Positions 17,724 to 27,487 of a DNA stretch of 37,657 nucleotides are shown here, piece by piece. The stretch comes from a virus (taxonomy: Duplodnaviria > Heunggongvirae > Uroviricota > Caudoviricetes): the IMG/VR virus record IMGVR_UViG_2516143071_000007; one strand, 5' to 3'. Position 1 is the first letter of the stretch. Each line of letters opens with the position of its first letter. The notes beneath the pieces were generated by a model, which was not told the DNA's origin, made no database searches, and worked only from the letters and a program-made list of their open reading frames with translations. Position numbers and translations under genes: made by a program.

Positions 17724-18112
17724 GCAACACATTTAAATTCAGCAGCCGGAGCGAAAAGAATTTGCAGGGCGTAAATCCTGATCTGGTGAAAGTGACCCGA
17801 CGGGCGCTGGAAATCTCGGAAGTGGATTTTGGTATCACCGAAGGATTGCGCGGTCGTTATCGTCAGAAGCAGCTCGTGACCACAGGCAAGAGCCAGACCA
17901 TGAACAGTCGCCATCTCACAGGGCATGCCGTGGATGTTGTGGCTTATGTTGGCAGCCAGGTGTCATGGGAATGGCCGCTGTACGAAAAAATCGCAGCAGC
18001 ATTCAGACAGGCCAGCCGGGAACTGAATATTCCGGTGGAATGGGGCGGCGACTGGAAGACCCTGAAAGACGGACCACATTTTCAGTTACCACACGGAGCC
18101 TATCCGGCATGA
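17720..18112 (+). CDS. Endolysin, M15-family zinc peptidase type (L-alanyl-D-glutamate peptidase-like)
   Basis: H-x-x-G-x-A-x-D (SRHLTGHAVDV) and WGGDW....DGPHFQL motifs; position between holin and spanins. Confidence 0.7.
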   Translation: MSNTFKFSSRSEKNLQGVNPDLVKVTRRALEISEVDFGITEGLRGRYRQKQLVTTGKSQTMNSRHLTGHAVDVVAYVGSQVSWEWPLYEKIAAAFRQASRELNIPVEWGGDWKTLKDGPHFQLPHGAYPA

Positions 18113-18516
18113 AGCTCTGGCCCACGCTGGGTGTCGCTTTCCTTCTGATTGCCGCATGGGGAACATCCATGCGTCTGTCATGGTCGCTTGGCCGGGAGAA
18201 CGCCAGAAACGAAGCACAGGCCAGCACCCTGAAAAGTACCGTCGACACACTGAATATCATCAGTGCCGGGGTACAGGATATGCAGCAGGTGCTGGCGCAA
18301 CTCCGCGTGGAAAATCAACAGCGAAATCAGGACGGAGAGGCCAGACGTGAACAGCTACGCAACGATATTGCAAAAGATGAATGCGCCCACGCTTTGCCTG
18401 ACGCTCGTTTTACTGACAGGTTGCGCAGGCACGCAGAACGCGCCAGGGCCAGCGCCGTCAGTCCGGCTTATACCGCAGACGCTGACCATGCCGGTAACGC
18501 CTCCCCCCTTCCCTGA
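18109..18516 (+). CDS. i-spanin, Rz / P2 LysB-like
   Basis: N-terminal TM (LWPTLGVAFLLIAAW) then charged coiled-coil; ATGA coupled to the endolysin. Confidence 0.65.
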   Translation: MKLWPTLGVAFLLIAAWGTSMRLSWSLGRENARNEAQASTLKSTVDTLNIISAGVQDMQQVLAQLRVENQQRNQDGEARREQLRNDIAKDECAHALPDARFTDRLRRHAERARASAVSPAYTADADHAGNASPLP

Positions 18517-18658
18517 CCCACCCACATGGGGAAACCTCGGAATATGGGGCGACCGCCTTCTGGATGCACTGGAAACCTGTAACGCGGATAAACGGGCCAT
18601 TGCTGAACTGGATAAGAGAATAGCCGAACTGACACACCAGACGGGAGTAACACAATGA
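18377..18658 (+). CDS. o-spanin, Rz1 / P2 LysC-like lipoprotein
   Basis: Starts in the +1 frame inside Rz; signal MNAPTLCLTLVLLTGCAG with LTGC lipobox; Pro-rich; extends past the Rz stop. Confidence 0.65.
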   Translation: MNAPTLCLTLVLLTGCAGTQNAPGPAPSVRLIPQTLTMPVTPPPFPDPPTWGNLGIWGDRLLDALETCNADKRAIAELDKRIAELTHQTGVTQ

Positions 18659-20535
18659 CCAGTAAGAACTTTGCACTGATTACAGCCATGACACAGGCTG
18701 AACTGACTCAAAAGGTGAATGAACATCTTGCGAAAGGGTGGCATCTTCAGGGGGAGACGCGGGTTGCCTACGAACCCGGCACCCCGTGGTATCTAATGCA
18801 GGCAATGGTGGCCGATGGCACTACAGACATCTCACCTGATTCCCCCCAGCACGGCAGCGTGCCGGAGTGGTATTACGTGGTGGTACTTGCTGGTCAATCC
18901 AATGCCATGTCATATGGTGATGGAATGCCGCTGCCGGATTCTTACGATGCGCCCCACCCACGCATTAAGCAACTGGCCCGTCGCAACACAGTGACTCCCG
19001 GTGGTAAAGCATGCGCATTTAACGACATCATTCCGGCAGACCACTGCCTGCATGATGTTCAGGATATGAGCGCACTGAATCATCCGAAGGCAGACCTGAG
19101 CAAAGGGCAGTACGGCTGTGTCGGCCAGGGCTTACATATTGCCAAAAAACTGCTTCCGTATATCCCGAATAACGCGGGGATCCTGCTGGTACCATGCTGT
19201 CGTGGTGGTTCGGCATTCACCCAGGGCGCGGAGGGGACATTCAGTGCGGACACGGGGGCCAGCCAGGATTCGGCACGCTGGGGTGTGGGTAAACCGTTAT
19301 ATCAGGACCTGATCGCACGCACCAAAGCGGCATTACAGAAGAACCCGAAAAATGTGTTGCTGGCGGTGTGCTGGATGCAGGGCGAATTTGACATGAGCGC
19401 TGCCACCTACGCACAGCAACCGGACCTGTTCACGGCCATGCTGAAGCAGTTCCGTACTGACCTTTCCGGATTTAACGCGCAGTGCCATGGCGGCAGTGCT
19501 GCAGTTGTACCGTGGATTTGTGGCGACACGACATATTACTGGAAAAACACATACGGCACACAGTATGACTCCGTCTACGGCGCGTACAAAAACAGGGAGA
19601 GCGACAACGTTTTCTTTGTGCCGTTCATGACCGACGGTAACGGCAACAACACGCCCACCAACTTACCGGCAGAAGACCCGGATATTGCTGATGCAGGTTA
19701 TTACGGCGCGCAATCCCGTAGTAATGGTAATTGGGTATCGTCAAATCGTCCGACACATTTCAGTTCATGGGCGCGCAGGGGCATTATTTCGGATCGCCTG
19801 GCAACCGCTATTCTGAACGCAGTTGGTCGAACCAGCGCCTTCATCAGCGGTACCGCACCGGAGATTAAACCCTCGCCCGGCGGCGACACTCCATCGGGGC
19901 CGTCTGATGGTGACACATCCGTTCGTACAGTCTCCCTGCTGCCGACAGCCGGAGAGGCTGCTGCGCAGGGCTGGACCATCACCGGCGGCAGTGTTGCGCT
20001 GGAAGATGGTGTGTTTAAGGTTACCAAGCAGAGCAATAAAACCTGGTCCCTGATGCATCCGGTGGATGACGCAGTCTCCCTGCTGACACGGGGTGGCAGA
20101 CTGAGCTGTAAGTTTCGACTGTCAGGCGCACTGACCAACAACCAGTTCGGTCTGGGAATTTATCTGTATACCGATGTAGCGTTACCTGACGTCGTGGCGA
20201 TGACCGGGACTGGTAACCCGTTCCTGATGTCGTTCTTCACCCAGACCACAGACGGCAAACTGAATCTGATGCATCACAAGAAAGCCGGAAACACAAAGTT
20301 GGGCGAGTTCGGGAATTACAGTAACGACTGGCAGACGCTGGAGCTGGTGTTCACCGCCGGCAGTGCCACGGTTACTCCGAAACTGAATGGAGTGGCTGGC
20401 CCGGCATTCCAGGTCATAAAAGACAGTCTGACACTGGGGCTGAATGCGCTGACGTTAACTGATATCACTAAAAATGCCGCGTACGGCGTCGATATCGGCA
20501 GCCTGGTGCTGGAAATCAATAATCCCGCAGCATAA
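18655..20535 (+). CDS. NanS-p-like sialate O-acetylesterase (DUF1737 N-domain, SGNH/SASA esterase core, C-terminal lectin-like domain)
   Basis: AGQSNAMSYG matches the GQSNM catalytic-serine motif of the sialate O-acetylesterase family; N-terminus resembles DUF1737; ATGA coupling to Rz1 stop. Confidence 0.65.
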   Translation: MTSKNFALITAMTQAELTQKVNEHLAKGWHLQGETRVAYEPGTPWYLMQAMVADGTTDISPDSPQHGSVPEWYYVVVLAGQSNAMSYGDGMPLPDSYDAPHPRIKQLARRNTVTPGGKACAFNDIIPADHCLHDVQDMSALNHPKADLSKGQYGCVGQGLHIAKKLLPYIPNNAGILLVPCCRGGSAFTQGAEGTFSADTGASQDSARWGVGKPLYQDLIARTKAALQKNPKNVLLAVCWMQGEFDMSAATYAQQPDLFTAMLKQFRTDLSGFNAQCHGGSAAVVPWICGDTTYYWKNTYGTQYDSVYGAYKNRESDNVFFVPFMTDGNGNNTPTNLPAEDPDIADAGYYGAQSRSNGNWVSSNRPTHFSSWARRGIISDRLATAILNAVGRTSAFISGTAPEIKPSPGGDTPSGPSDGDTSVRTVSLLPTAGEAAAQGWTITGGSVALEDGVFKVTKQSNKTWSLMHPVDDAVSLLTRGGRLSCKFRLSGALTNNQFGLGIYLYTDVALPDVVAMTGTGNPFLMSFFTQTTDGKLNLMHHKKAGNTKLGEFGNYSNDWQTLELVFTAGSATVTPKLNGVAGPAFQVIKDSLTLGLNALTLTDITKNAAYGVDIGSLVLEINNPAA

Positions 20536-20558
20536 GGAAGAGCAGGAGAGCAAAACAG

Positions 20559-21026
20559 ATGCTTAAGACAAACAGTCTGCGAGAGTCCATGCTTCATGGG
20601 TGTCGGTGGTGCCAGGCTAATCCCGAGAAATTCACCATTTTCGTGGAGAGCGGCAACATTGAAACGACCGGAGAAGCGCCCTCGTTTGTTTACCGCTATC
20701 AGATGGTGATGTTTGTCATGGATTACGCCGGAGAGCTGGACGACCTCACGCTGCCGCTGCTGGCGTGGTTATCCGAAAATCAGCCACAGTTGTTGCTCAA
20801 TCCGGAGCGTAATCAGGACATCAAATTTTCTGCCGTTATCAATGACGATGACAGCGCCGATCTCCTGTTTACGCTCCCCCTGCGGGAACGCGTTCGCATC
20901 ACGCGCAGCAGTCAGGGCACACCGCAGGCAGAACACCTGCCGGAGCCAAAACCCCGCCTGCCATCTTCCGAAGGCGACTGGTCGCATGTATTCCAGGATG
21001 TGACGTGGGGTGAAAGCGATGGATAA
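20559..21026 (+). CDS. R: Tail completion protein, P2 gpR family
   Basis: 155 aa, synteny, CAGGAGAG Shine-Dalgarno. Confidence 0.75.
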   Translation: MLKTNSLRESMLHGCRWCQANPEKFTIFVESGNIETTGEAPSFVYRYQMVMFVMDYAGELDDLTLPLLAWLSENQPQLLLNPERNQDIKFSAVINDDDSADLLFTLPLRERVRITRSSQGTPQAEHLPEPKPRLPSSEGDWSHVFQDVTWGESDG

Positions 21027-21654
21027 GGCATTCACCCGCGTGGATGAAACCTTTGAGGACATCCGCGACAGCCTGAATCAGCAGGCCATCAATAACATCG
21101 CCAGAAAGCTGGCACAGGATTTACGCCGCGCCCAGCAGGCGCGTATCCGGTCACAGAAAGCGCCGGACGGGACCGCGTGGACACCACGCAGACGCCGCGT
21201 AACCCGGATACAGGAGCGCATTCGCTTTATCTGGAATAACGAAGCACGCACGCTGAAAAACTGGCATCACGACACGGGGAAATACGGGCGAACCATTACC
21301 GGGTGGGATGAGGATAAAAACAATATCCGCACGTTTTACCGGGATGACATCGACCGCTTTCTGGAAATACGCACCCGGCGCATCAACCAGGACAGCACAA
21401 AGCGCGTCCCCATGTTCGTAAAACTGCGCACCGCCCGCTACCTGAAAGCCCGTGCAGATGCTTCCGGTGTGACGGTGGGTTACAGCGGCGTGGCCGCACG
21501 TATTGCCCGCGTTCATCAGTTCGGTGAGCGCGATCAGGTTGCGCCGGGCATTTTCACCGATTACCCGGTACGTGAGCTGTTGGGCATCAGTCAGGCAGAT
21601 GAACGCCTGATTTATAACACGGTGCTGGGCCGGATTGCGGAGGCTGTACGGTGA
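21010..21654 (+). CDS. S: Tail completion/virion morphogenesis protein, P2 gpS-like
   Basis: Synteny between R and V; overlaps both neighbours; start could be GTG 21010 or ATG 21019. Confidence 0.7.
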   Translation: MKAMDKAFTRVDETFEDIRDSLNQQAINNIARKLAQDLRRAQQARIRSQKAPDGTAWTPRRRRVTRIQERIRFIWNNEARTLKNWHHDTGKYGRTITGWDEDKNNIRTFYRDDIDRFLEIRTRRINQDSTKRVPMFVKLRTARYLKARADASGVTVGYSGVAARIARVHQFGERDQVAPGIFTDYPVRELLGISQADERLIYNTVLGRIAEAVR

Positions 21655-22232
21655 GCGCAGAACTCATGCGACTGCTGAGCAACATCATCCGCACTGGGAT
21701 CATCTCTGAAGTTGATGAGAAGTCCTGGTGCGTGCGCGTTCGCAGCGGCGAACTGGAAACAGGCTGGTTGCGCTGGAACACCACGCGCGCGGGAGCCTTC
21801 AATGTGTGGCTGCCGCCATCACCCGGCGAACAGGTGGTAATTGCCTGCATTGGCGGCAACCCGGAAACCGCCATGATAATTGGCAGCCTGTGGAGTGATG
21901 CCAATCCGGCCCCCGGCAAAAGCCTGAAAGAAATCGTGGTCAGCGCGCCGGATGGCGCGGTGTTCCGCTACGACGCGGACGCAGGCGCACTGAGCGCCAG
22001 CGGCATGAAAACGGCCACCCTGCAGGCATCCGTCAGTGTGACACTGGACACGCCCGTCGTGGAATGCACAGACCTTCTGAGAACGGCGACGCTTGACGTC
22101 ACAAAAGGGGGAAAGATGAGCGGCAATATCACGCACAGCGGCGGCAATTTCACCTCAAACGGCATCACAGTGCATACGCATAAACACGGTGGCGTTAAAG
22201 GTGGCAGCGATTCGACAGGAGGCCCGCAGTGA
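21651..22232 (+). CDS. V: Baseplate spike protein, P2 gpV family
   Basis: IRTGIIS, LDTPVVECT, GNITHSGG..SNGI.VHTHKH blocks match recalled P2 gpV; GTG start overlapping S stop. Confidence 0.85.
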   Translation: MSAELMRLLSNIIRTGIISEVDEKSWCVRVRSGELETGWLRWNTTRAGAFNVWLPPSPGEQVVIACIGGNPETAMIIGSLWSDANPAPGKSLKEIVVSAPDGAVFRYDADAGALSASGMKTATLQASVSVTLDTPVVECTDLLRTATLDVTKGGKMSGNITHSGGNFTSNGITVHTHKHGGVKGGSDSTGGPQ

Positions 22233-22579
22233 CAACCCGCTACACAGGAATGAACCCGGACGGAACGGGAAACCTGAACGATATGGAGCATCTGAAACAG
22301 TCAGTCAGGGACATCCTGACCACCCCGCTGGCAAGCCGGGTTATGCGACGGGAATATGGCAGCCTTGTGCCCGATTTAATTGACGAACCCATGAATAACA
22401 CCACTCGTCTGCAATGCATGAGTGCTGCCGTGATTGCGCTGACACGATGGGAACCCCGCATTGCCCTGGACGCCATCGACGTTGTCTGGAAGGCAGGAGG
22501 CCGCGCCGGGGTGACGCTGTCGGGCACTGTCATGCAGACCATGCAGAATGTTGAATTAACCATCACGCTGAGGGAGTAA
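22229..22579 (+). CDS. W: Baseplate wedge protein, P2 gpW family (gp25-like)
   Basis: RYTGMN, ILTTPL.SRVMRREYGS match recalled P2 gpW; GTG start overlapping V stop. Confidence 0.85.
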   Translation: MTTRYTGMNPDGTGNLNDMEHLKQSVRDILTTPLASRVMRREYGSLVPDLIDEPMNNTTRLQCMSAAVIALTRWEPRIALDAIDVVWKAGGRAGVTLSGTVMQTMQNVELTITLRE

Positions 22580-22582
22580 ATC

Positions 22583-23479
22583 ATGCCTGCCGTTGACCTT
22601 TCCCAGTTACCGGAACCCGCCATCATCGCGGAGCCTGACTTTGAGGCAATTCTGGCTGACACAAAGGCCATGATGATTGCGTCCTATCCTGCCGAACAGC
22701 GTGAAGCCGTCTCCGCCGCGCTGGAGCTGGAATCGGAACCCCTGAACGTTATCGCCCAGACAACAGCGTTTCGTGAAATGCTGTTACGCCAGCGGGTCAA
22801 TGAGGGGGCACGCGCCTGCATGTTAAGCCACAGCGCCGGGACAGACCTGGACAACCTCGCGGGCAATATGAACACAAAGCGCCTGACCATCACTCCGGCA
22901 ACGGATACCGCCGACGCAGTGATGGAAAGTGACACCTCGCTGAGACTGCGGGCGCAGCGGGCGTACGATGGCCTGAGTGTTGCTGGCCCGTCAGGTGCAT
23001 ACGAGTATTTTGCCCGCAGCGCCAGCGGTCTGGTGCGTGATGCGCGGGCTATCAGTCCGTCTCCGGCAAATGTGACGGTTTCCATCCTGTCCACTGAAGG
23101 CGACGGCACAGCAACGGAGGCGTTGCTTAATACCGTTCGCGCCGTTCTGAATGCAGAGGATACCCGCCCGGTGGCCGACCGCCTTACTGTACAGAGCGCC
23201 AGAATCGTGACATGGCGGCTGAATGCAAAACTGTACTTTTACCCCGGCCCGGAATCCGAACCTATTCTGGCGGCGGCTGAATCGTCGTTCAGGAAGTGGC
23301 TGGCTGAGCAGGGGCTTATCGGTCAGGACGTGGCGTTGTCCGCCATTGCTGCCGCACTGCATGTGCACGGTGTGCAACGCGTGGAGATAATCGAACCCAC
23401 ACAGAATATGGCCATCAGCGACATACAGGCGGCGCGCTGTGAGTCGTTCACCATCAGCGAAGGTGGGCGCAATGAGTAA
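22583..23479 (+). CDS. J: Baseplate assembly protein, P2 gpJ family
   Basis: 298 aa, AGGGAG Shine-Dalgarno, synteny. Confidence 0.85.
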   Translation: MPAVDLSQLPEPAIIAEPDFEAILADTKAMMIASYPAEQREAVSAALELESEPLNVIAQTTAFREMLLRQRVNEGARACMLSHSAGTDLDNLAGNMNTKRLTITPATDTADAVMESDTSLRLRAQRAYDGLSVAGPSGAYEYFARSASGLVRDARAISPSPANVTVSILSTEGDGTATEALLNTVRAVLNAEDTRPVADRLTVQSARIVTWRLNAKLYFYPGPESEPILAAAESSFRKWLAEQGLIGQDVALSAIAAALHVHGVQRVEIIEPTQNMAISDIQAARCESFTISEGGRNE

Positions 23480-24002
23480 TTCACTGTTACCACCATCAGC
23501 CAGCAGTTTCATGCGTTGTGCCGAAGCTGTCGGAACGCGCATTACAGACATCCCGGTAGACCTCAACACGCTGTGGTCGCCGGACACCTGCCCGGTGCAC
23601 CTGCTGCCTTATCTCGCCTGGGCATTTTCCGTTGACCGCTGGGATCGCAACTGGCCGGAAGAGACAAAACGACAGGTGATTCGTGATGCATGGCTGATAC
23701 ACCGACACAAAGGGACCATCAGCGCACTGCGCAGGGCCATTGAGCCGCTGGGATACCTCATTCGCGTGTCTGAGTGGTGGGAGTTCGGCGGAGAACCGGG
23801 AACATTTACCGTTGAAGTCGGCACACTGGACAGTGGCGTGACGGAGGAAATGTATCTGGAAATGGAGCGGTTGATTGCTGATGCCCGTCCGGTCAGCCGC
23901 CACATGACAGGGCTGAATATCATTCAGGAAATTCCGGGGGATATTTTTGCAGCGGCGGCAACTTATGACGGTGAAGTTATTACCATTTATCCGGACGATT
24001 AA
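23472..24002 (+). CDS. I: Baseplate protein, P2 gpI family
   Basis: Start MSNSLLPP overlapping J end; synteny. Confidence 0.8.
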   Translation: MSNSLLPPSASSFMRCAEAVGTRITDIPVDLNTLWSPDTCPVHLLPYLAWAFSVDRWDRNWPEETKRQVIRDAWLIHRHKGTISALRRAIEPLGYLIRVSEWWEFGGEPGTFTVEVGTLDSGVTEEMYLEMERLIADARPVSRHMTGLNIIQEIPGDIFAAAATYDGEVITIYPDD

Positions 24003-24004
24003 GC

Positions 24005-26137
24005 ATGAGTACCACAACACGAAAATTTAAAACCGTTATCACCGATACAGGTGCCCAAAAATTAGCTCAGGCAGCCGCGCCAGATGGTAAGCCTGTCCGC
24101 CTGACTCATATGGCCGTGGGCGACGGTGGCGGCGCGTTGCCCACACCAGACAGTAAGCAGACCCGTCTGGTGCATGAGGTGTGGCGACACACTGTTAATC
24201 GCGTCATCCTGGACGCAACACATCAGAACCGCATTATTGCGGAGCTGGTTATTCCTCCAGAAACGGGCGGATTCTGGATCCGGGAAATTGGTGTGTTTGA
24301 TGAGCACGGCGATTTAATCGCGGTGGGCAATACTGCCGAAAGTTACAAGCCAGCCGTTGCCGAAGGGTCCGGACGTGCACAAACATTTCGCACCATTCTG
24401 ACCGTATCCAGCACTGCCACTGTGGCGCTTACCGTGGATAACACCATGGTTATGGCCACAGTGGATTACGTGAATGACAAACTGAAAGAACATGAACAGT
24501 CACGACATCACCCGGACGCCTCGCTGACCGCAAAAGGCTTTGTTCAACTCAGTAGCGCCACTAACAGCGATTCTGAAACGCTGGCTGCAACGCCGAAAGC
24601 GGTTAAGGCAGCGTATGACATGGCTAACGGAAAATATACCGCTCAGGACGCCACTACGGCACAAAAAGGGATAGTCCAGCTCAGCAGTGCAACCAACAGT
24701 ACATCTGAAACGCTGGCGGCAACATCAAATGCAGTAAAAGCTGCCTATGACAATGCTGAAAAACGTCTGCAGAAAGCTAAGAATGGTGAGGATATCTCTG
24801 ATAAAGACACCTTTACGAAAAATATCGGTGCCTGCCGTGCATATAGTGCAGAGCTGAATATTGGTGGAGATAGTGAAGCATGGACAACTGCGCAGTTGAT
24901 TTTTTGGCTAGAGAGTCAGGGGGCATTTAACCATCCTTACTGGATGTGCAAAGGCTCATGGGCTTATGCAAATAATAAGGTCATTACAGATACAGGTTGC
25001 GGAAGTATTTGTCTTGCAGGTGCTGTTGTGGAAGTTATTGGCACCCGCGGCGCAATGACCATACGCATTACCACACCGAGTACATCCAGCGGTGAAGGCA
25101 TCCCTAATGCTCAATTTACTTATATTAATCATGGTGATGCTTATGCTCCTGGCTGGCGAAGGGACTATAACTCCAGGAATAAGCCAACAGCATCAGAGAT
25201 CGGGGCGTTACCGTCAGATGGGACAGCAGTATCGTCAGTTAATCTGGCTTCAAAAGGTCGGCTGACCGCCCTGACAGATAATATGCAGGGGGCCACAGGT
25301 CTGGAGTTATACGAGGCGTATAACAACGGATATCCAACAACGTATGGAAATATCATTCACCTGAAAGGGATGACAGCCGTTGGCGAAGGCGAATTACTCA
25401 TCGGCTGGAGTGGTATAAGCGGTGCTCATGCTCCGGCATTTATTCGTTCACGACGGGATACGACCGACGCAAACTGGTCGCCGTGGGCGCAGCTTTACAC
25501 CTCGGCTCATCCTCCTGAAGAGTTTTATCCAGTCGGTGCACCGATTCCGTGGCCATCAGATACCGTTCCGTCTGGTTATGCCCTGATGCAGGGGCAGACT
25601 TTTGACAAATCTGCATACCCGAAACTTGCAGTCGCTTATCCGTCAGGCGTGATCCCTGATATGCGTGGCTGGACTATCAAGGGCAAACCTGCCAGTGGTC
25701 GTGCCGTATTGTCTCAGGAACAGGACGGCATTAAATCGCACACCCACAGCGCCAGCGCATCCAGTACTGATTTGGGGACGAAAACCACATCGTCGTTTGA
25801 TTACGGTACTAAAACGACCAGTTCATTTGATTACGGCACAAAAACTACGAATAGCGCTGGAAATCATTCACACAATATACCTGTTGGTCACACTGGCGCG
25901 GGGAATGGTGTATCAGCCGGTTTTAACGCTGCGTTAGGTACTGGTACCACGTCGAGCGCAGGCGGGCATGCTCACAATGTATATATCGGTGCCCATAACC
26001 ACACTATCGGCATTGGTGCTCATGCCCATTCTGTCATTATTGGTCCCCACGGACACACCATCACCGTTAACGCTACGGGTAACGAAGAAAACACCGTAAA
26101 AAACATCGCATTTAACTATATTGTGAGGCTTGCATAA
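24005..26137 (+). CDS. H: Tail fibre protein, P2 gpH family with divergent C-terminal receptor-binding region
   Basis: Two copies of the phage-fibre repeat [23 protein letters not shown]; His-rich C-terminal repeats ([34 protein letters not shown]). Confidence 0.85.
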   Translation: MSTTTRKFKTVITDTGAQKLAQAAAPDGKPVRLTHMAVGDGGGALPTPDSKQTRLVHEVWRHTVNRVILDATHQNRIIAELVIPPETGGFWIREIGVFDEHGDLIAVGNTAESYKPAVAEGSGRAQTFRTILTVSSTATVALTVDNTMVMATVDYVNDKLKEHEQSRHHPDASLTAKGFVQLSSATNSDSETLAATPKAVKAAYDMANGKYTAQDATTAQKGIVQLSSATNSTSETLAATSNAVKAAYDNAEKRLQKAKNGEDISDKDTFTKNIGACRAYSAELNIGGDSEAWTTAQLIFWLESQGAFNHPYWMCKGSWAYANNKVITDTGCGSICLAGAVVEVIGTRGAMTIRITTPSTSSGEGIPNAQFTYINHGDAYAPGWRRDYNSRNKPTASEIGALPSDGTAVSSVNLASKGRLTALTDNMQGATGLELYEAYNNGYPTTYGNIIHLKGMTAVGEGELLIGWSGISGAHAPAFIRSRRDTTDANWSPWAQLYTSAHPPEEFYPVGAPIPWPSDTVPSGYALMQGQTFDKSAYPKLAVAYPSGVIPDMRGWTIKGKPASGRAVLSQEQDGIKSHTHSASASSTDLGTKTTSSFDYGTKTTSSFDYGTKTTNSAGNHSHNIPVGHTGAGNGVSAGFNAALGTGTTSSAGGHAHNVYIGAHNHTIGIGAHAHSVIIGPHGHTITVNATGNEENTVKNIAFNYIVRLA
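25775..25852 (+). repeat. In-frame 30-bp tandem repeat inside H encoding [10 protein letters not shown] about 2.6 times
   Basis: Units at 25775-25804 and 25805-25834 plus a partial third; the units differ at several synonymous positions. Confidence 0.7.
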
Positions 26138-26715
26138 TGACATTCAGAATGAGTGAACAATCACGGACCATAAAAATTTATAATCTACTGGCTGGAACCA
26201 ATGAGTTTATTGGTGAAGGTGATGCATACATTCCACCTCATACAGGTCTGCCTGCAAACAGTACCGATATTGCCCCGCCAGATATTCCGGCTGGCTTCGT
26301 GGCCGTTTTCAACAGTGATGAGGCATCGTGGAATCTCGTTGAAGACCATCGGGGAAAAACCGTCTATGACGTGGCTTCCGGCGACGCGTTATTTATTTCT
26401 GAACTTGGCCCATTACCGGAAAATGTCACCTGGTTATCCCCGGAAGGGGAGTTTCAGAAGTGGAACGGCACAGCCTGGGTGAAAGATGCAGAAGCAGAAA
26501 AACTGTTCCGGATCCGGAAGGCGGAAGAAACAAAAAACAGCCTGATGCAGATGGCCAGTGAGCATATTGCGCCACTTCAGGATGCCGTAGATTTGGATAT
26601 TGCGACGGAGGAAGAGGCATCGTTACTGACTGCATGGAAGACATATCGGGTATTGTTGAATCGTGTTGATACAACAGTAGCATCGGATGTTGAGTGGCCA
26701 GTCGCCCCGCAATAA
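26137..26715 (+). CDS. G: Tail fibre assembly chaperone, P2 gpG / Tfa family
   Basis: Follows H with TAATG overlap; 192 aa; Tfa-like N-terminus ([30 protein letters not shown]). Confidence 0.8.
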   Translation: MTFRMSEQSRTIKIYNLLAGTNEFIGEGDAYIPPHTGLPANSTDIAPPDIPAGFVAVFNSDEASWNLVEDHRGKTVYDVASGDALFISELGPLPENVTWLSPEGEFQKWNGTAWVKDAEAEKLFRIRKAEETKNSLMQMASEHIAPLQDAVDLDIATEEEASLLTAWKTYRVLLNRVDTTVASDVEWPVAPQ

Positions 26716-26758
26716 AAGGATAAAGCCATCGATAGAAATATTGATGGCTTCATGTACT

Positions 26759-27364
26759 CTATTTATACAATACAACACCGCTCTTTTTTGTTATATATGT
26801 GCAGTTCGATGGTATATCTTTATTTATAAAAGACATTGCACCTATTTTTACATTATCCCCAATTTTACGTGATAATCCAATGATGCAACAATTGGCTCCG
26901 ATATCAACGTTATTACCAATTTTTACTCTTGAACCAGGCATGTCACCATCTATCTGTCCAATGGTAGTATTCTGTCGTAACACCAGATTTTCACCAGCAT
27001 CAACAGCAAAATGAACAACAATTCCAGCATGATGGGGAATTGTTAACCCTTTTCCAATATTTGCGCCCAATCCAATTTCACAACCAAATTTGTTAATTAT
27101 TTTACCGTTTAACTTTTTGGCTGCTTTCTTATGTAATTTATTACCATTAATATACATTTCGTTAGCCAACCGCCACCAGAAAAGGAAATTCCGGTTACGC
27201 TGTTTTTTCTCTCTTAAAAGCCTCCAGATATCCATACGTTTCCGCCGAATTACTTCATATTTCCAGAAGTTTTTTAAATTAGTAGAGTCCCCAAATAAAA
27301 CAAAGTGAATTGCCATTAAGTAAGACAGCACGATAATCTCCTTAATTATTATTTCAGACCACAC
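26759..27364 (-). CDS. Hexapeptide-repeat (left-handed beta-helix) O-acetyltransferase, CysE/WcaB-like; AT-rich cargo
   Basis: IGxxxxIG hexapeptide repeats (IGLGANIGKGLTIPHHAGIVV..., IGNNVDIGANCCIIG, IGDNVKIGAMS); start uncertain (27364 or internal ATG 27316); strongly AT-rich. Confidence 0.65.
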   Translation of the reverse strand: MWSEIIIKEIIVLSYLMAIHFVLFGDSTNLKNFWKYEVIRRKRMDIWRLLREKKQRNRNFLFWWRLANEMYINGNKLHKKAAKKLNGKIINKFGCEIGLGANIGKGLTIPHHAGIVVHFAVDAGENLVLRQNTTIGQIDGDMPGSRVKIGNNVDIGANCCIIGLSRKIGDNVKIGAMSFINKDIPSNCTYITKKSGVVLYK

Positions 27365-27487
27365 ATATTATAAGGTTAAGAGATTATAAAATCCTGTTGT
27401 TTATTATTCAAAAACAATTTTCTGAGAAGGACATACAACAGCAAGTCGCCAGTCACCTTCATCAGGAAATTGGCGACATACGTTAAA

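Noticed and set aside
27300-27487. NeuO-style phase-variable heptanucleotide repeats at the 5' end of the acetyltransferase
   Set aside because: No tandem short repeats in or upstream of the start region
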